Below, in pieces: positions 1-7,389 of a stretch of DNA of 37,506 nucleotides (its first letter is position 1; each line of letters starts with the position of its first letter). Below the pieces are notes generated by a model. The model saw only the letters and a list, made by a program, of their open reading frames with translations, ran no database searches and had not been told where the DNA came from. A program made the translations under genes and the position numbers. Location: contig CAKZNU010000049.1 of assembly GCA_937132175.1 (NCBI GenBank), positions 1-37,506 on the forward strand. Reading direction: 5' to 3'. This DNA comes from an uncultured euryarchaeote (GTDB taxonomy: Archaea; Nanohalarchaeota; Nanosalinia; Nanosalinales; Nanosalinaceae).

Positions 1-464
1 CTTTCAAAAATCTCGAGGGTGTGGAGGAAGCGGTACCGGGCTATGCCGGTGGACAGACGGAGAACCCCCCTTACAGGGAGGTATGTAGTGAAAAGACAGG
101 ACACGCCGAGGTCGTCAAGATAACCTATGATGAAGAAGTGATCTCGACTCGTGAACTGCTTGAGTTTTTCTTCCGGATACATGATCCTACGACGGAAGAT
201 AGGGAAGGTCCGGACGTCGGCAGCCAGTACCGATCAATCATCCTCTACAGAGACGAAGAACAGAAGGAGAAAGTCGAGGAGTTTATCGAGGAACAGATGG
301 ACCGCTACAACGGAGAAGTAGTCACCGAGGTAGAGCAGCTTGAGCACTTTTACAGGGCGGAGGAGAAACATCAGGACTACTTCGAGAAAAACCCTAACGA
401 TGCCTACTGCACCATGCATGCAAAGCCAAAGGTAGAAAAGGCAAGAAACTACAGTGCCGAGTAA
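1..464 (+). CDS. msrA: Peptide methionine sulfoxide reductase MsrA (5'-truncated by the window edge)
   Basis: Motifs GYAGG, TGHAEVV, HDPT, GPDVGSQYRS and FYRAEEKHQDYF. The frame is open back to the window edge (FKNLEGV...), so the GCFW motif lies upstream. Confidence 0.95.
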   Translation, partial: FKNLEGVEEAVPGYAGGQTENPPYREVCSEKTGHAEVVKITYDEEVISTRELLEFFFRIHDPTTEDREGPDVGSQYRSIILYRDEEQKEKVEEFIEEQMDRYNGEVVTEVEQLEHFYRAEEKHQDYFEKNPNDAYCTMHAKPKVEKARNYSAE

Positions 465-1132
465 TGATCCCCGACTCCTGGATCCAGCCGGGTTGCAATC
501 CTCCTGAAGGGCTGACAGTTTACTCTCAAAGGAGCCTCCTCTGTGCCGGCCAGAAGACTCTCCGCCATCCATCTTCTGGCGTCCCTCGGAGATGAGTACT
601 CTTTGACTGATGCGGGATCCCCGGTATCAAGATAGACAATCTGGTCTTCCAGAAAGCCGAAGTTCTGTGGCTTAAGGTCAAGTGCAATGTTCTCTGAAGC
701 TGTGGACTTCGCAGCATCGTAAAGTTTTTCAGTCTCCTGGGTTATCCGTCCCCAGAAGCCTGAGTCAAGGGCGCTTTCCGCCCTTCTCTGTTCCAGTACT
801 GTATAACTCTCTCCGTTGATCTCTTCCTGCCAGTAAACTCCTGAAGGGTACGAAACTCCTGCATCGTCTAGAAGCTCATGTTTGCTCTCTAAAACTCCGG
901 TTGTGAGCTCAGCAAAAGCTTTTACAACGTATTCCTCGTCTGCAAACGCCGGGCCGTCATGTCGAGTCCGGATCTCGTTCTGCTTACCGTATGGATCGGA
1001 TTCAATGATGTCTTCCAGCTCGGACTCCATGCCCGTGACTTCCGTGAAAAAATCTCTTTCCGGAGCCTGCTCGAGTTCAGTGATCATCCACTCTACCTGA
1101 TGTGTTAAGTAAAATACTTGTAAGTTCTGCAT
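449..1132 (-). CDS. Hypothetical protein with protein-kinase-like motifs
   Basis: Acidic ORF with YVVK (beta3 Lys-like), LDLKPQNFG (catalytic-loop-like) and VYLDTG (DFG-like). The true start may be the ATG at 1087. Confidence 0.6.
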   Translation of the reverse strand: MQNLQVFYLTHQVEWMITELEQAPERDFFTEVTGMESELEDIIESDPYGKQNEIRTRHDGPAFADEEYVVKAFAELTTGVLESKHELLDDAGVSYPSGVYWQEEINGESYTVLEQRRAESALDSGFWGRITQETEKLYDAAKSTASENIALDLKPQNFGFLEDQIVYLDTGDPASVKEYSSPRDARRWMAESLLAGTEEAPLRVNCQPFRRIATRLDPGVGDHYSAL

Positions 1133-1368
1133 ACCCGTAGAGACTTCGACGACATTATCCTGTGGCGTTCACTCCGGATTTTTCAGCCGAGTTCTAAAAA
1201 ATCGGACAAGCTGGCCTGTTTAGGTAGAATTCAGAGAATCTGTGTAAGATTTTGACATCAGGTTTCCGGCTTCGCTTCCGCTGGTTAATTAACTTTCTGG
1301 ATAAAGGTGTGTAGTTTCTCGAAAGCCGCCGGAGGCGGTTTAACATGATCAAACTCTGTAGGTGAGTT

Positions 1369-1509
1369 TGGGCCAGACGGGATTTGAACCCGCGACCACT
1401 TGGTTTCTCTCCGAAGATCATGAGGATCTTCCTGAACTCCAGAACCCTGGAGTTTGGTTCTGGGTTTCCGTTAAGAGCCAAGCGCTCTGCCAGACTGAGC
1501 TACCGGCCC
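1369..1509 (-). tRNA. tRNA-Lys(CUU) with a 67-nt intron at the canonical 37/38 position (intron 1405-1471); CCA not encoded
   Basis: Reverse complement reads GGGCCGGTAGCTCAGTCTGGCAGAGCG-CTTGG-CTCTTA[intron]A-CCAAG-TGGTC-GCGGGTTCAAATCCCGT-CTGGCCC-A. Acceptor, D, anticodon and T stems pair. A bulge-helix-bulge is present (CTCT/AGAG helix, TAA and AAA bulges). Confidence 0.95.
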
Positions 1510-1589
1510 GTCAATATGTTTTTACGGGTAGGCAAGTTTTTTAGGTAGAGTATCTTCCGCCCGTATCTTAGATGTGGATAGTAAGAATT

Positions 1590-1609
1590 CTGGAGAGATT
1601 TCTCTCCAG
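1590..1609. terminator. Perfect hairpin just downstream of rps3ae, probable terminator or processing site
   Basis: CTGGAGAG-ATTT-CTCTCCAG, an 8-bp stem a few nt after the rps3ae stop. Confidence 0.5.
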
Positions 1610-1617
1610 GCCTTTTT

Positions 1618-2172
1618 TTACTCCAGTAGCTCGGTCTTCCTGATCTCGAGCTGTCGGAACGGGTAGATCTTTTCTACCTCGTCTCTTATCTGTTCCTGGA
1701 TCTTGTCGGTGAAGATGTTTTCCATGAGCTCTTCGTAGCTCTGGTTTTCTGCCTTTTCCTCCATTGTTTCCGCTATCTTTCTGCGGGTGGCGGTGAGTTT
1801 CTCCGAGGAGGTTCTTCTCAGTGTTGCGCCGACGAACTTTACCCGTACGTTTTTGCCATCTCTGGTTTCGAGGTCGTGTACGTAGTCGAACCTGTCGCTT
1901 CCTTCCTTGATCATTCTGGAGACGAACTCGGATGAGACCGTCATTTCGTCGATCTCTGTGAAGGCTTTGTTTCCCTCTACATCTGTAACCTTCAGGGAGA
2001 CGTCTGCGTAGTACTTGTCTGTTGCCTCCATGAGGTCGTTGAGTGATTCCTTTACCGTTCTTCCGATTACTTCTGTGTCGGAGTCTGCCGGTGTCTCTCC
2101 TACTTCGTCTTCGTCAAATATTTCCGGTGCCTGGATATTGTACCAGCTTTTCTGCAGTACCGCTTTAGCCAT
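1618..2172 (-). CDS. rps3ae: 30S ribosomal protein S3Ae (eS1)
   Basis: KSWYNIQAPEIF, GETPA, IGRTV and KIYPFRQLEIRKTE; conserved position after recJ. Confidence 0.95.
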   Translation of the reverse strand: MAKAVLQKSWYNIQAPEIFDEDEVGETPADSDTEVIGRTVKESLNDLMEATDKYYADVSLKVTDVEGNKAFTEIDEMTVSSEFVSRMIKEGSDRFDYVHDLETRDGKNVRVKFVGATLRRTSSEKLTATRRKIAETMEEKAENQSYEELMENIFTDKIQEQIRDEVEKIYPFRQLEIRKTELLE

Positions 2173-2194
2173 GTCTCAAGTATCAGGTAGAATC

Positions 2195-2202
2195 TTTATA
2201 AA
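2195..2202 (-). promoter_or_regulatory. Probable TATA box of a leaderless rps3ae transcript
   Basis: TTTATAAA lies 22 nt upstream of the ATG, the spacing expected for leaderless archaeal mRNAs. Confidence 0.5.
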
Positions 2203-2240
2203 CCGATATACTCTGTCCGGAGGTGTTTCCGTCTCCTTCT

Positions 2241-3677
2241 TCAGGCAGTCTGTTCCGATACCATGGAGTTAAGCTTCTGGATGAACTCTTCTTTGTTTAC
2301 CTGTGGTATCTTTGCGCCTGCGGCTACGTTGTGTCCTCCTCCTTCTCCGTCCAGTTCCCCGCAGATTTCATCTATGATCTCTCCGAGGTTTAATCCGTCT
2401 TCGACGGCTTCTTTGTCTGCACGGGAGGAGACCTTTACCTTGTCTTTCTCCGCGTCTGCGACACCCATCACTACAGGGGCATCGAAGAATCCGTTGCTCA
2501 TGGTTATCGTTGTGACGGTTCCTATGAAGTCTTCGTCTACCTCGGATTTTCCGTCGATAACCCCTATTTCTTCCTCGTATATGACGTCTTCGTCTTCCTT
2601 GTGGTCTTCAACGTATCTGAGGGATGAAGAGATTCTGCGGCCGTACTTCCGTGAGATCTTTTCCGCCAGTTCAAGGTCTTGTTCCAGCAGGATCTTTACG
2701 CCTTTTCTGGGGCTTCCCAGTCTTCCACATGCGTTGATGATGGTGGAGAATTCGTCTATCTCGTAGCCGTTTTCCAGGGTGTAGATTCTGTTCAGGAGTC
2801 TTTCGACGTCGAACCCTCTTTTGATCATGTTTCTGATAAGTTTCTGTTCCTCTTCCTCGGTGAGGTCTGCGAGGGTGCGGAACTCTCCGTCTTTCCTGAT
2901 ATCTACGCCGGCGGATTTTACAAGTTCTATTGCACCGGATTCGTCGTTGCTTACATCCTTCAGGTAAGGGTCTGTGTTATACATCAGGGACTTCTGTAGA
3001 GGCTTGGTGGTACGTCCGTAGAGGTCGAGGCCTTTCCTTCTTTCTACGGCGCCGGACTCTACCGCTAACGATTCGAGGTCCTGGTTTAAACCGAGGAACT
3101 CTCCTTCCTGTTTCTGTACATCCCCTGTTGCTCCGATAAGAGCCATATGCACTAGATCCCTGTTTTCTTCATCCATTTCTTCTGCCAGAAGATACGTCAT
3201 GCCTGCGGCCGATATAGCCTCTCCGCCGTCGTACCCGAGGTGGTGTGGGTTGAGATGTATCAGGTTCTCGAGGTTACCGGACTCTTCTTCATCTAGAGCC
3301 GGGTCGTGGTGGTCTGATACTATGACCTGTTTATCCGTCTCCTGCAGTATATGCTCCTTCAGTAGATCTGACTGGCCTGAGCCGATGTCCACGAAGACGA
3401 GTAGGTCTTCGTCTTCCTCTGCGATTCTCTCTACGTCTTCCTCGTACAGCTGTTTCAGAATCTCGTAGCTGAAGTTCTTTCCCTGTCTTTCAAGGGCTCT
3501 GTGGGCGATGGCGGTTGCGGAGATGCCGTCTGCGTCGTACTGCCCGATCAGCCTTATCTCTCCGTCGTGTCGGGCTATTTTTTCGGCTGCCGGCCTGCAT
3601 ATCTCCCTTATCTCTTCTACGATACGTGGTTCACTCCGGTGTCTCGTACTCCCAGTCCTGCGGAATGTTTGATTCAT
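2241..3677 (-). CDS. recJ: RecJ/Cdc45-like DHH-DHHA1 nuclease (GAN-type by synteny); start uncertain (ATG 3677 inside rps15, or ATC 3623)
   Basis: Motifs YDADG, FVDIGSG, SDHH, GATGD and GGGHNVAAG; located between rps15 and rps3ae as in other archaea. Confidence 0.9.
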   Translation of the reverse strand: MNQTFRRTGSTRHRSEPRIVEEIREICRPAAEKIARHDGEIRLIGQYDADGISATAIAHRALERQGKNFSYEILKQLYEEDVERIAEEDEDLLVFVDIGSGQSDLLKEHILQETDKQVIVSDHHDPALDEEESGNLENLIHLNPHHLGYDGGEAISAAGMTYLLAEEMDEENRDLVHMALIGATGDVQKQEGEFLGLNQDLESLAVESGAVERRKGLDLYGRTTKPLQKSLMYNTDPYLKDVSNDESGAIELVKSAGVDIRKDGEFRTLADLTEEEEQKLIRNMIKRGFDVERLLNRIYTLENGYEIDEFSTIINACGRLGSPRKGVKILLEQDLELAEKISRKYGRRISSSLRYVEDHKEDEDVIYEEEIGVIDGKSEVDEDFIGTVTTITMSNGFFDAPVVMGVADAEKDKVKVSSRADKEAVEDGLNLGEIIDEICGELDGEGGGHNVAAGAKIPQVNKEEFIQKLNSMVSEQTA

Positions 3678-4068
3678 CTCTGTGGTGCTGTGCAACCTTT
3701 CTGATCTTGTCCTTCGTTAGTTCGAGGCGTCTCTTCGCCTCCTCGTCGGCAGGGTTTTCATCTATGTGTTCCCTTATGGACTCCGATTTCTCGACAAGGT
3801 TCTTGAGGTCCTCAGGTATCTCAAGGCTCATGCCTTCCTCGTCCAGAATCTCTGTTATACTTTTCTCCGTGGCGGCCTTTACTGATGGGATTCCGTACTG
3901 GTCTCTGAGCTTCATGCCGATCTCTGAAGGCTCCAGGCCGTCTCTTCTGAGCTTGACAACGAGGTCTACAATCTCTTCCTCGTCGTAGTCTACCCAGTCA
4001 GGGTTTTCTTTGGTTACAGGTTTGTTGCTTCCTGAGCTTCCTCTTCCGTCTGAATGCATTCTTGACAT
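3631..4068 (-). CDS. rps15: 30S ribosomal protein S15 (uS15, archaeal S15P/S13e)
   Basis: MSRMHSDGRGSSGS, IGMKLRDQYGIPSVK, IPEDL and C-terminal IPQDWEY; start set at ATG 4068. Confidence 0.96.
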   Translation of the reverse strand: MSRMHSDGRGSSGSNKPVTKENPDWVDYDEEEIVDLVVKLRRDGLEPSEIGMKLRDQYGIPSVKAATEKSITEILDEEGMSLEIPEDLKNLVEKSESIREHIDENPADEEAKRRLELTKDKIRKVAQHHRDESNIPQDWEYETPE

Positions 4069-4162
4069 ATCGATCACTTGGGATACGGCCGGGTCCGTAC
4101 CTGACCGCTCTTATTTCAGGAAGTCGGTCAATTCTTTTAAGCTCGTTAACGAAAAACTGGAT

Positions 4163-4642
4163 ATGGAGAGTTTCAGCATAAAGAAAGGGGAAGCTGCTCT
4201 CGGTGAGGAATCTATCGTACTGAGGGAGTCTGTCACCGGTTACTTTTCGAACCTTGTGGATGCCTTTCACGGGTTCGATGGACTCCGGAAGATCGGTGCG
4301 GTGTTTTTCGGTGCTGGGATGATGACAGGAGCAGTATCTGCCCTGGTGCTTTTCATCTCGATGCCGTCTTACCTACAGCTTGTGCTGGCTCTGAGCCTTC
4401 CGTTATCTACACTTACCTCGAGACTGTATCACAAGCTCAGAGGCTTCAGGAAGGACACCCGGATAATGTACAGCTCGATAGAGGGGATAGAGTTCTCTCC
4501 GGGTACTCCAGGGATCACCTGCCCGCACATGATACTTGACCTCGGCGATACGAGGAGACTTGTGGTACTTCCAAACGAGGCTCTTGAGATAGGCTCTGAT
4601 CCCGAGGAGTTCAGAGACAGGCTCAGGGAGAAAACCGGCTAG
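4163..4642 (+). CDS. Hypothetical membrane protein (about 2 TM helices)
   Basis: Fills the gap between rps15 and the nuclease gene and has two hydrophobic segments. Start set at ATG 4163 because the longer ORF overlaps rps15. Confidence 0.65.
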   Translation: MESFSIKKGEAALGEESIVLRESVTGYFSNLVDAFHGFDGLRKIGAVFFGAGMMTGAVSALVLFISMPSYLQLVLALSLPLSTLTSRLYHKLRGFRKDTRIMYSSIEGIEFSPGTPGITCPHMILDLGDTRRLVVLPNEALEIGSDPEEFRDRLREKTG

Positions 4643-5172
4643 CAGCTCCAGAGTCCAAGTTTCTGTTCCTTTGCGTTTTTCTCGGCTTCGAGGAATATTT
4701 CACGCCTTGAGAACCGTGTGTCGTAGAGTCTTGCGTATCCCTTCTCCAGCAGCTTCCTGTTGATGCTGGTGTTTTCTCCCGTGTACATGTACGTGAGCAG
4801 TCTCCCATACGTGCCTCTTTCGTCGGCCAGAGGGTCAGTCCTCATCCTGATCTCTCGAACATCTTCTCTTCGTGTCTTCTCTTTTACGAACCCCGTTGCT
4901 TTCCTGCCGTACCTCTTCAGGCATCTTCTGTCGGTGTAGGTATCCTCCAGTCCGAACTCCAGAGGGTTTGATTCTCCGTATGTTTCCGGTGTGTCTATGC
5001 CGAGAAGGCGGTAGGTCTCGTTACCGGTTTCTACCGTATCCCCGTCTACCACCTCTACCTGCTCGAGACTTTCCTCCATGGTGTCGGCAGGGTTTTCTGA
5101 TGCCGTCTGGTAAAGTGCTGTTATAGAGATGATTACAGCAACGGCTGTAAGAATCTTACTTGTATCTGCCAC
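4639..5172 (-). CDS. Thermonuclease (SNase) family protein with an N-terminal signal/anchor
   Basis: VVDGDT, RLLGIDTPE, YGRLL, LLEKGYAR and AKEQKLGLW; hydrophobic N-terminus. Confidence 0.92.
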   Translation of the reverse strand: MADTSKILTAVAVIISITALYQTASENPADTMEESLEQVEVVDGDTVETGNETYRLLGIDTPETYGESNPLEFGLEDTYTDRRCLKRYGRKATGFVKEKTRREDVREIRMRTDPLADERGTYGRLLTYMYTGENTSINRKLLEKGYARLYDTRFSRREIFLEAEKNAKEQKLGLWSC

Positions 5173-5725
5173 GTCTCTTTACTTCCTCCATCGTCTCGAG
5201 GACTTCTTCACTGTCATCGAAATCTCTGTAACCCTGCTTGAATCCTTCCCAGAGCTCTGTGCTTTGTTCGGGGTGTGAGGTTTCCAGGGTTTTTTTCAGG
5301 AGGTATATGTCTACGGCCTGGTCCTCGGTTCTTTCAGTAGTTTCCGAGAGCCCGAGGTCTATCAGCCAGATTTCCCCGTCGTACATTATGTTGCTTGTGG
5401 TGAGGTCCCCGTGTACAAGCCCGGTGCCGTGTAAAAGGCCGATGTTTTTTCCGACTTCCTCCATGAGTTCCGGTTCGGACGGCAGAATCTTTTTCAGGGG
5501 TTTGCCCTTGACTCTGTCCTGTTTCATCGAGGTCTTCCCCGTTTTTTCCGTCTCGGGGATGTTTACGCCGTGTTTCCGGGCTTTCTCTATGTTTTTGACC
5601 TCCTCTGAGGTTCTTTCCTCTCTTATCCGGGTATCAAGCTTTTCGTGTCTGTATTTTTTCTCGGGTCTTTCCTTGAGAACTTCTTCACCCTGTATAGTTA
5701 TCTCGGCCTCTGCACCCTGTATCAT
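5156..5725 (-). CDS. bud32: KEOPS complex kinase/ATPase Bud32
   Basis: QGAEAEI, KERPEKKYRH, HGDLTTSN, LIDLGLS, EDQAVD and RRGRY; stand-alone, not fused to Kae1. Confidence 0.95.
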   Translation of the reverse strand: MIQGAEAEITIQGEEVLKERPEKKYRHEKLDTRIREERTSEEVKNIEKARKHGVNIPETEKTGKTSMKQDRVKGKPLKKILPSEPELMEEVGKNIGLLHGTGLVHGDLTTSNIMYDGEIWLIDLGLSETTERTEDQAVDIYLLKKTLETSHPEQSTELWEGFKQGYRDFDDSEEVLETMEEVKRRGRYK

Positions 5726-5749
5726 GTTCTGTACCAGGAGGCTCAATCT

Positions 5750-7384
5750 TTATCCTTCTGTGTCCTGTATAAATCTTCGAAGCTCCAGCATGCTTTTTCT
5801 TCTCAGGTCCTCTCTGTAGCTTCGGTTTTCCATGATTCCTTCTATGTGATCCGTAAGGAGCTCGGAGCTCAGTATCTCGGGGACGCTGACGTAGGTTGCT
5901 CCTTTATCCATAAGTCTCTGTGCCTCTTTTACATCTTCTGCACGTAGTATGGTGTCTGCGTCTGTCTCAAGCTCCAGAACAGTGTCTGATACCTTCGTTA
6001 TAGGGGCTGTTGATATGATCAGCTCTGCCTTGCGGTATCCTGCGTTCTCCCATGTTTCGTGATCCAGTACGTCCCCGTATACAAAGTTTTCTTCCTTTTC
6101 CTCGAGGTCTGTGATCTTTTCGGGATCGTTGTCTATCACCACGAAGTCTTCGTTTTCATCCTTCAGCTTCTGGACGATTCTTTCTCCCTGGGTGTCGTAT
6201 CCCAGCACGATGACATGATCACTCGGCCTTTCCTGCCTGAGTTTTTCCGAGATCTTCTGCGGGAAAGACGGTATATGGTCATACGGAGAAAGCAGGTTGT
6301 AGATCCTGTTTCCATGCTTTGCCGTGTACGAAGAGATCATCATTGAAACCGTTGCAGTAATGATAGTCGCTTGGAAAACCGCATCACCGATCAGATTGGA
6401 GAGATAGGCCTGGATTGTAATTATTAACGCGAACTCAGAAACCTGGTCGATGCTGAAACCGGTCAGGTATGCAGTCCTCTTGTTCTGGCCCAGAGCCACC
6501 AGAGACGTGATAACTGCGAAAGGCTTCATTAGAACTGTCAGCAGAAGCATCAACCCGGAAAGAACTAGAACACGTGGTGAAGGAAGGCTTAGTAAGGCTC
6601 CGAGAGACACGAAGAATACGGCGGAGAAGAAATCCTTCAGGGAGCCTGTAGTGTCCAGTATCTCCATGTTATGTGGGTACTTGGAAACTGCCAGACCTGC
6701 CGAAAAGCTTCCGATAGCCAGAGAGATACGAAAGTATTCGGTCAGGCTCAGGAAACCGATTAATACCGTTATAGAGACCAGCATAAGAAGTTCACGCGAG
6801 TTCTCAGTAACTCCGGCCATGTAGCCAAGCAGGTACTTCCTGAAGAGCAAGGCCAAAGCTAGGAGTCCGAAACCGTGTGCAAGACTTACTGAGACTGCCT
6901 CTAGAGTGTAACTGGATGCACCAAGAAGCATAAGGGAGACTACAGCTATCAAGTCCTGACTTAGGTGTAGAGATTCAGCTAGACGGCCGTGAGCAAGCCT
7001 TAGATCCACCTCCTTCTCCAGCAGATCTAATCCAACGAGTGTAGAGCTTAGAGCGGTTACGAGCACGAAGACCAGAGACTCAAAGCCATTTAATCCCAGG
7101 AGTAAAGATAGCCCAAGCGATAGTGCTGAAACAGATGTGATCTGTATCAAGGCTGTCCTTAAGCCATCCCCTGCTACTGTCCTGAGCCTCTCAGGATCCA
7201 TTTTAACTCCGAATACGAATACAAGGAAGGATAACCCGATCCGGGTGAAGCTTATCATTTCTTCTGCCGGGAAGAAGTTTCCAACGACCACTCCAGCAAC
7301 TATGTAGGCTGGAAGCGCAGGATGTGAGAACCTGTTAAACAGGAACAGGATCACTGAGGATGCTGTGAAGACCATAGTCAACAC
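5750..7384 (-). CDS. Kef-type (CPA2) cation:proton antiporter with C-terminal KTN/RCK domain (possible ATC start at 7402)
   Basis: Many TM helices, LSQDL, DFFSAVFFVSLG, QVSEFALI and a C-terminal HVIVLGYD...VVIDNDP...VYGD domain. Confidence 0.9.
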   Translation of the reverse strand: MLTMVFTASSVILFLFNRFSHPALPAYIVAGVVVGNFFPAEEMISFTRIGLSFLVFVFGVKMDPERLRTVAGDGLRTALIQITSVSALSLGLSLLLGLNGFESLVFVLVTALSSTLVGLDLLEKEVDLRLAHGRLAESLHLSQDLIAVVSLMLLGASSYTLEAVSVSLAHGFGLLALALLFRKYLLGYMAGVTENSRELLMLVSITVLIGFLSLTEYFRISLAIGSFSAGLAVSKYPHNMEILDTTGSLKDFFSAVFFVSLGALLSLPSPRVLVLSGLMLLLTVLMKPFAVITSLVALGQNKRTAYLTGFSIDQVSEFALIITIQAYLSNLIGDAVFQATIITATVSMMISSYTAKHGNRIYNLLSPYDHIPSFPQKISEKLRQERPSDHVIVLGYDTQGERIVQKLKDENEDFVVIDNDPEKITDLEEKEENFVYGDVLDHETWENAGYRKAELIISTAPITKVSDTVLELETDADTILRAEDVKEAQRLMDKGATYVSVPEILSSELLTDHIEGIMENRSYREDLRRKSMLELRRFIQDTEG

Positions 7385-7389
7385 GTTGA

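Noticed and set aside
1405-1471. C/D-box guide RNA inside the tRNA intron
   Set aside because: No RUGAUGA/CUGA pair on the transcribed strand; the TGAGGA...CTGA pattern is on the opposite strand.
1194-1544. ORFs 1194..1481 (-) and 1362..1544 (+)
   Set aside because: They overlap the tRNA gene and have atypical, non-acidic composition.
3621-3695. recJ as a pseudogene or an rps15-recJ frameshift fusion
   Set aside because: The recJ body is intact with its DHH motifs, rps15 ends normally, and no slippery sequence is evident.
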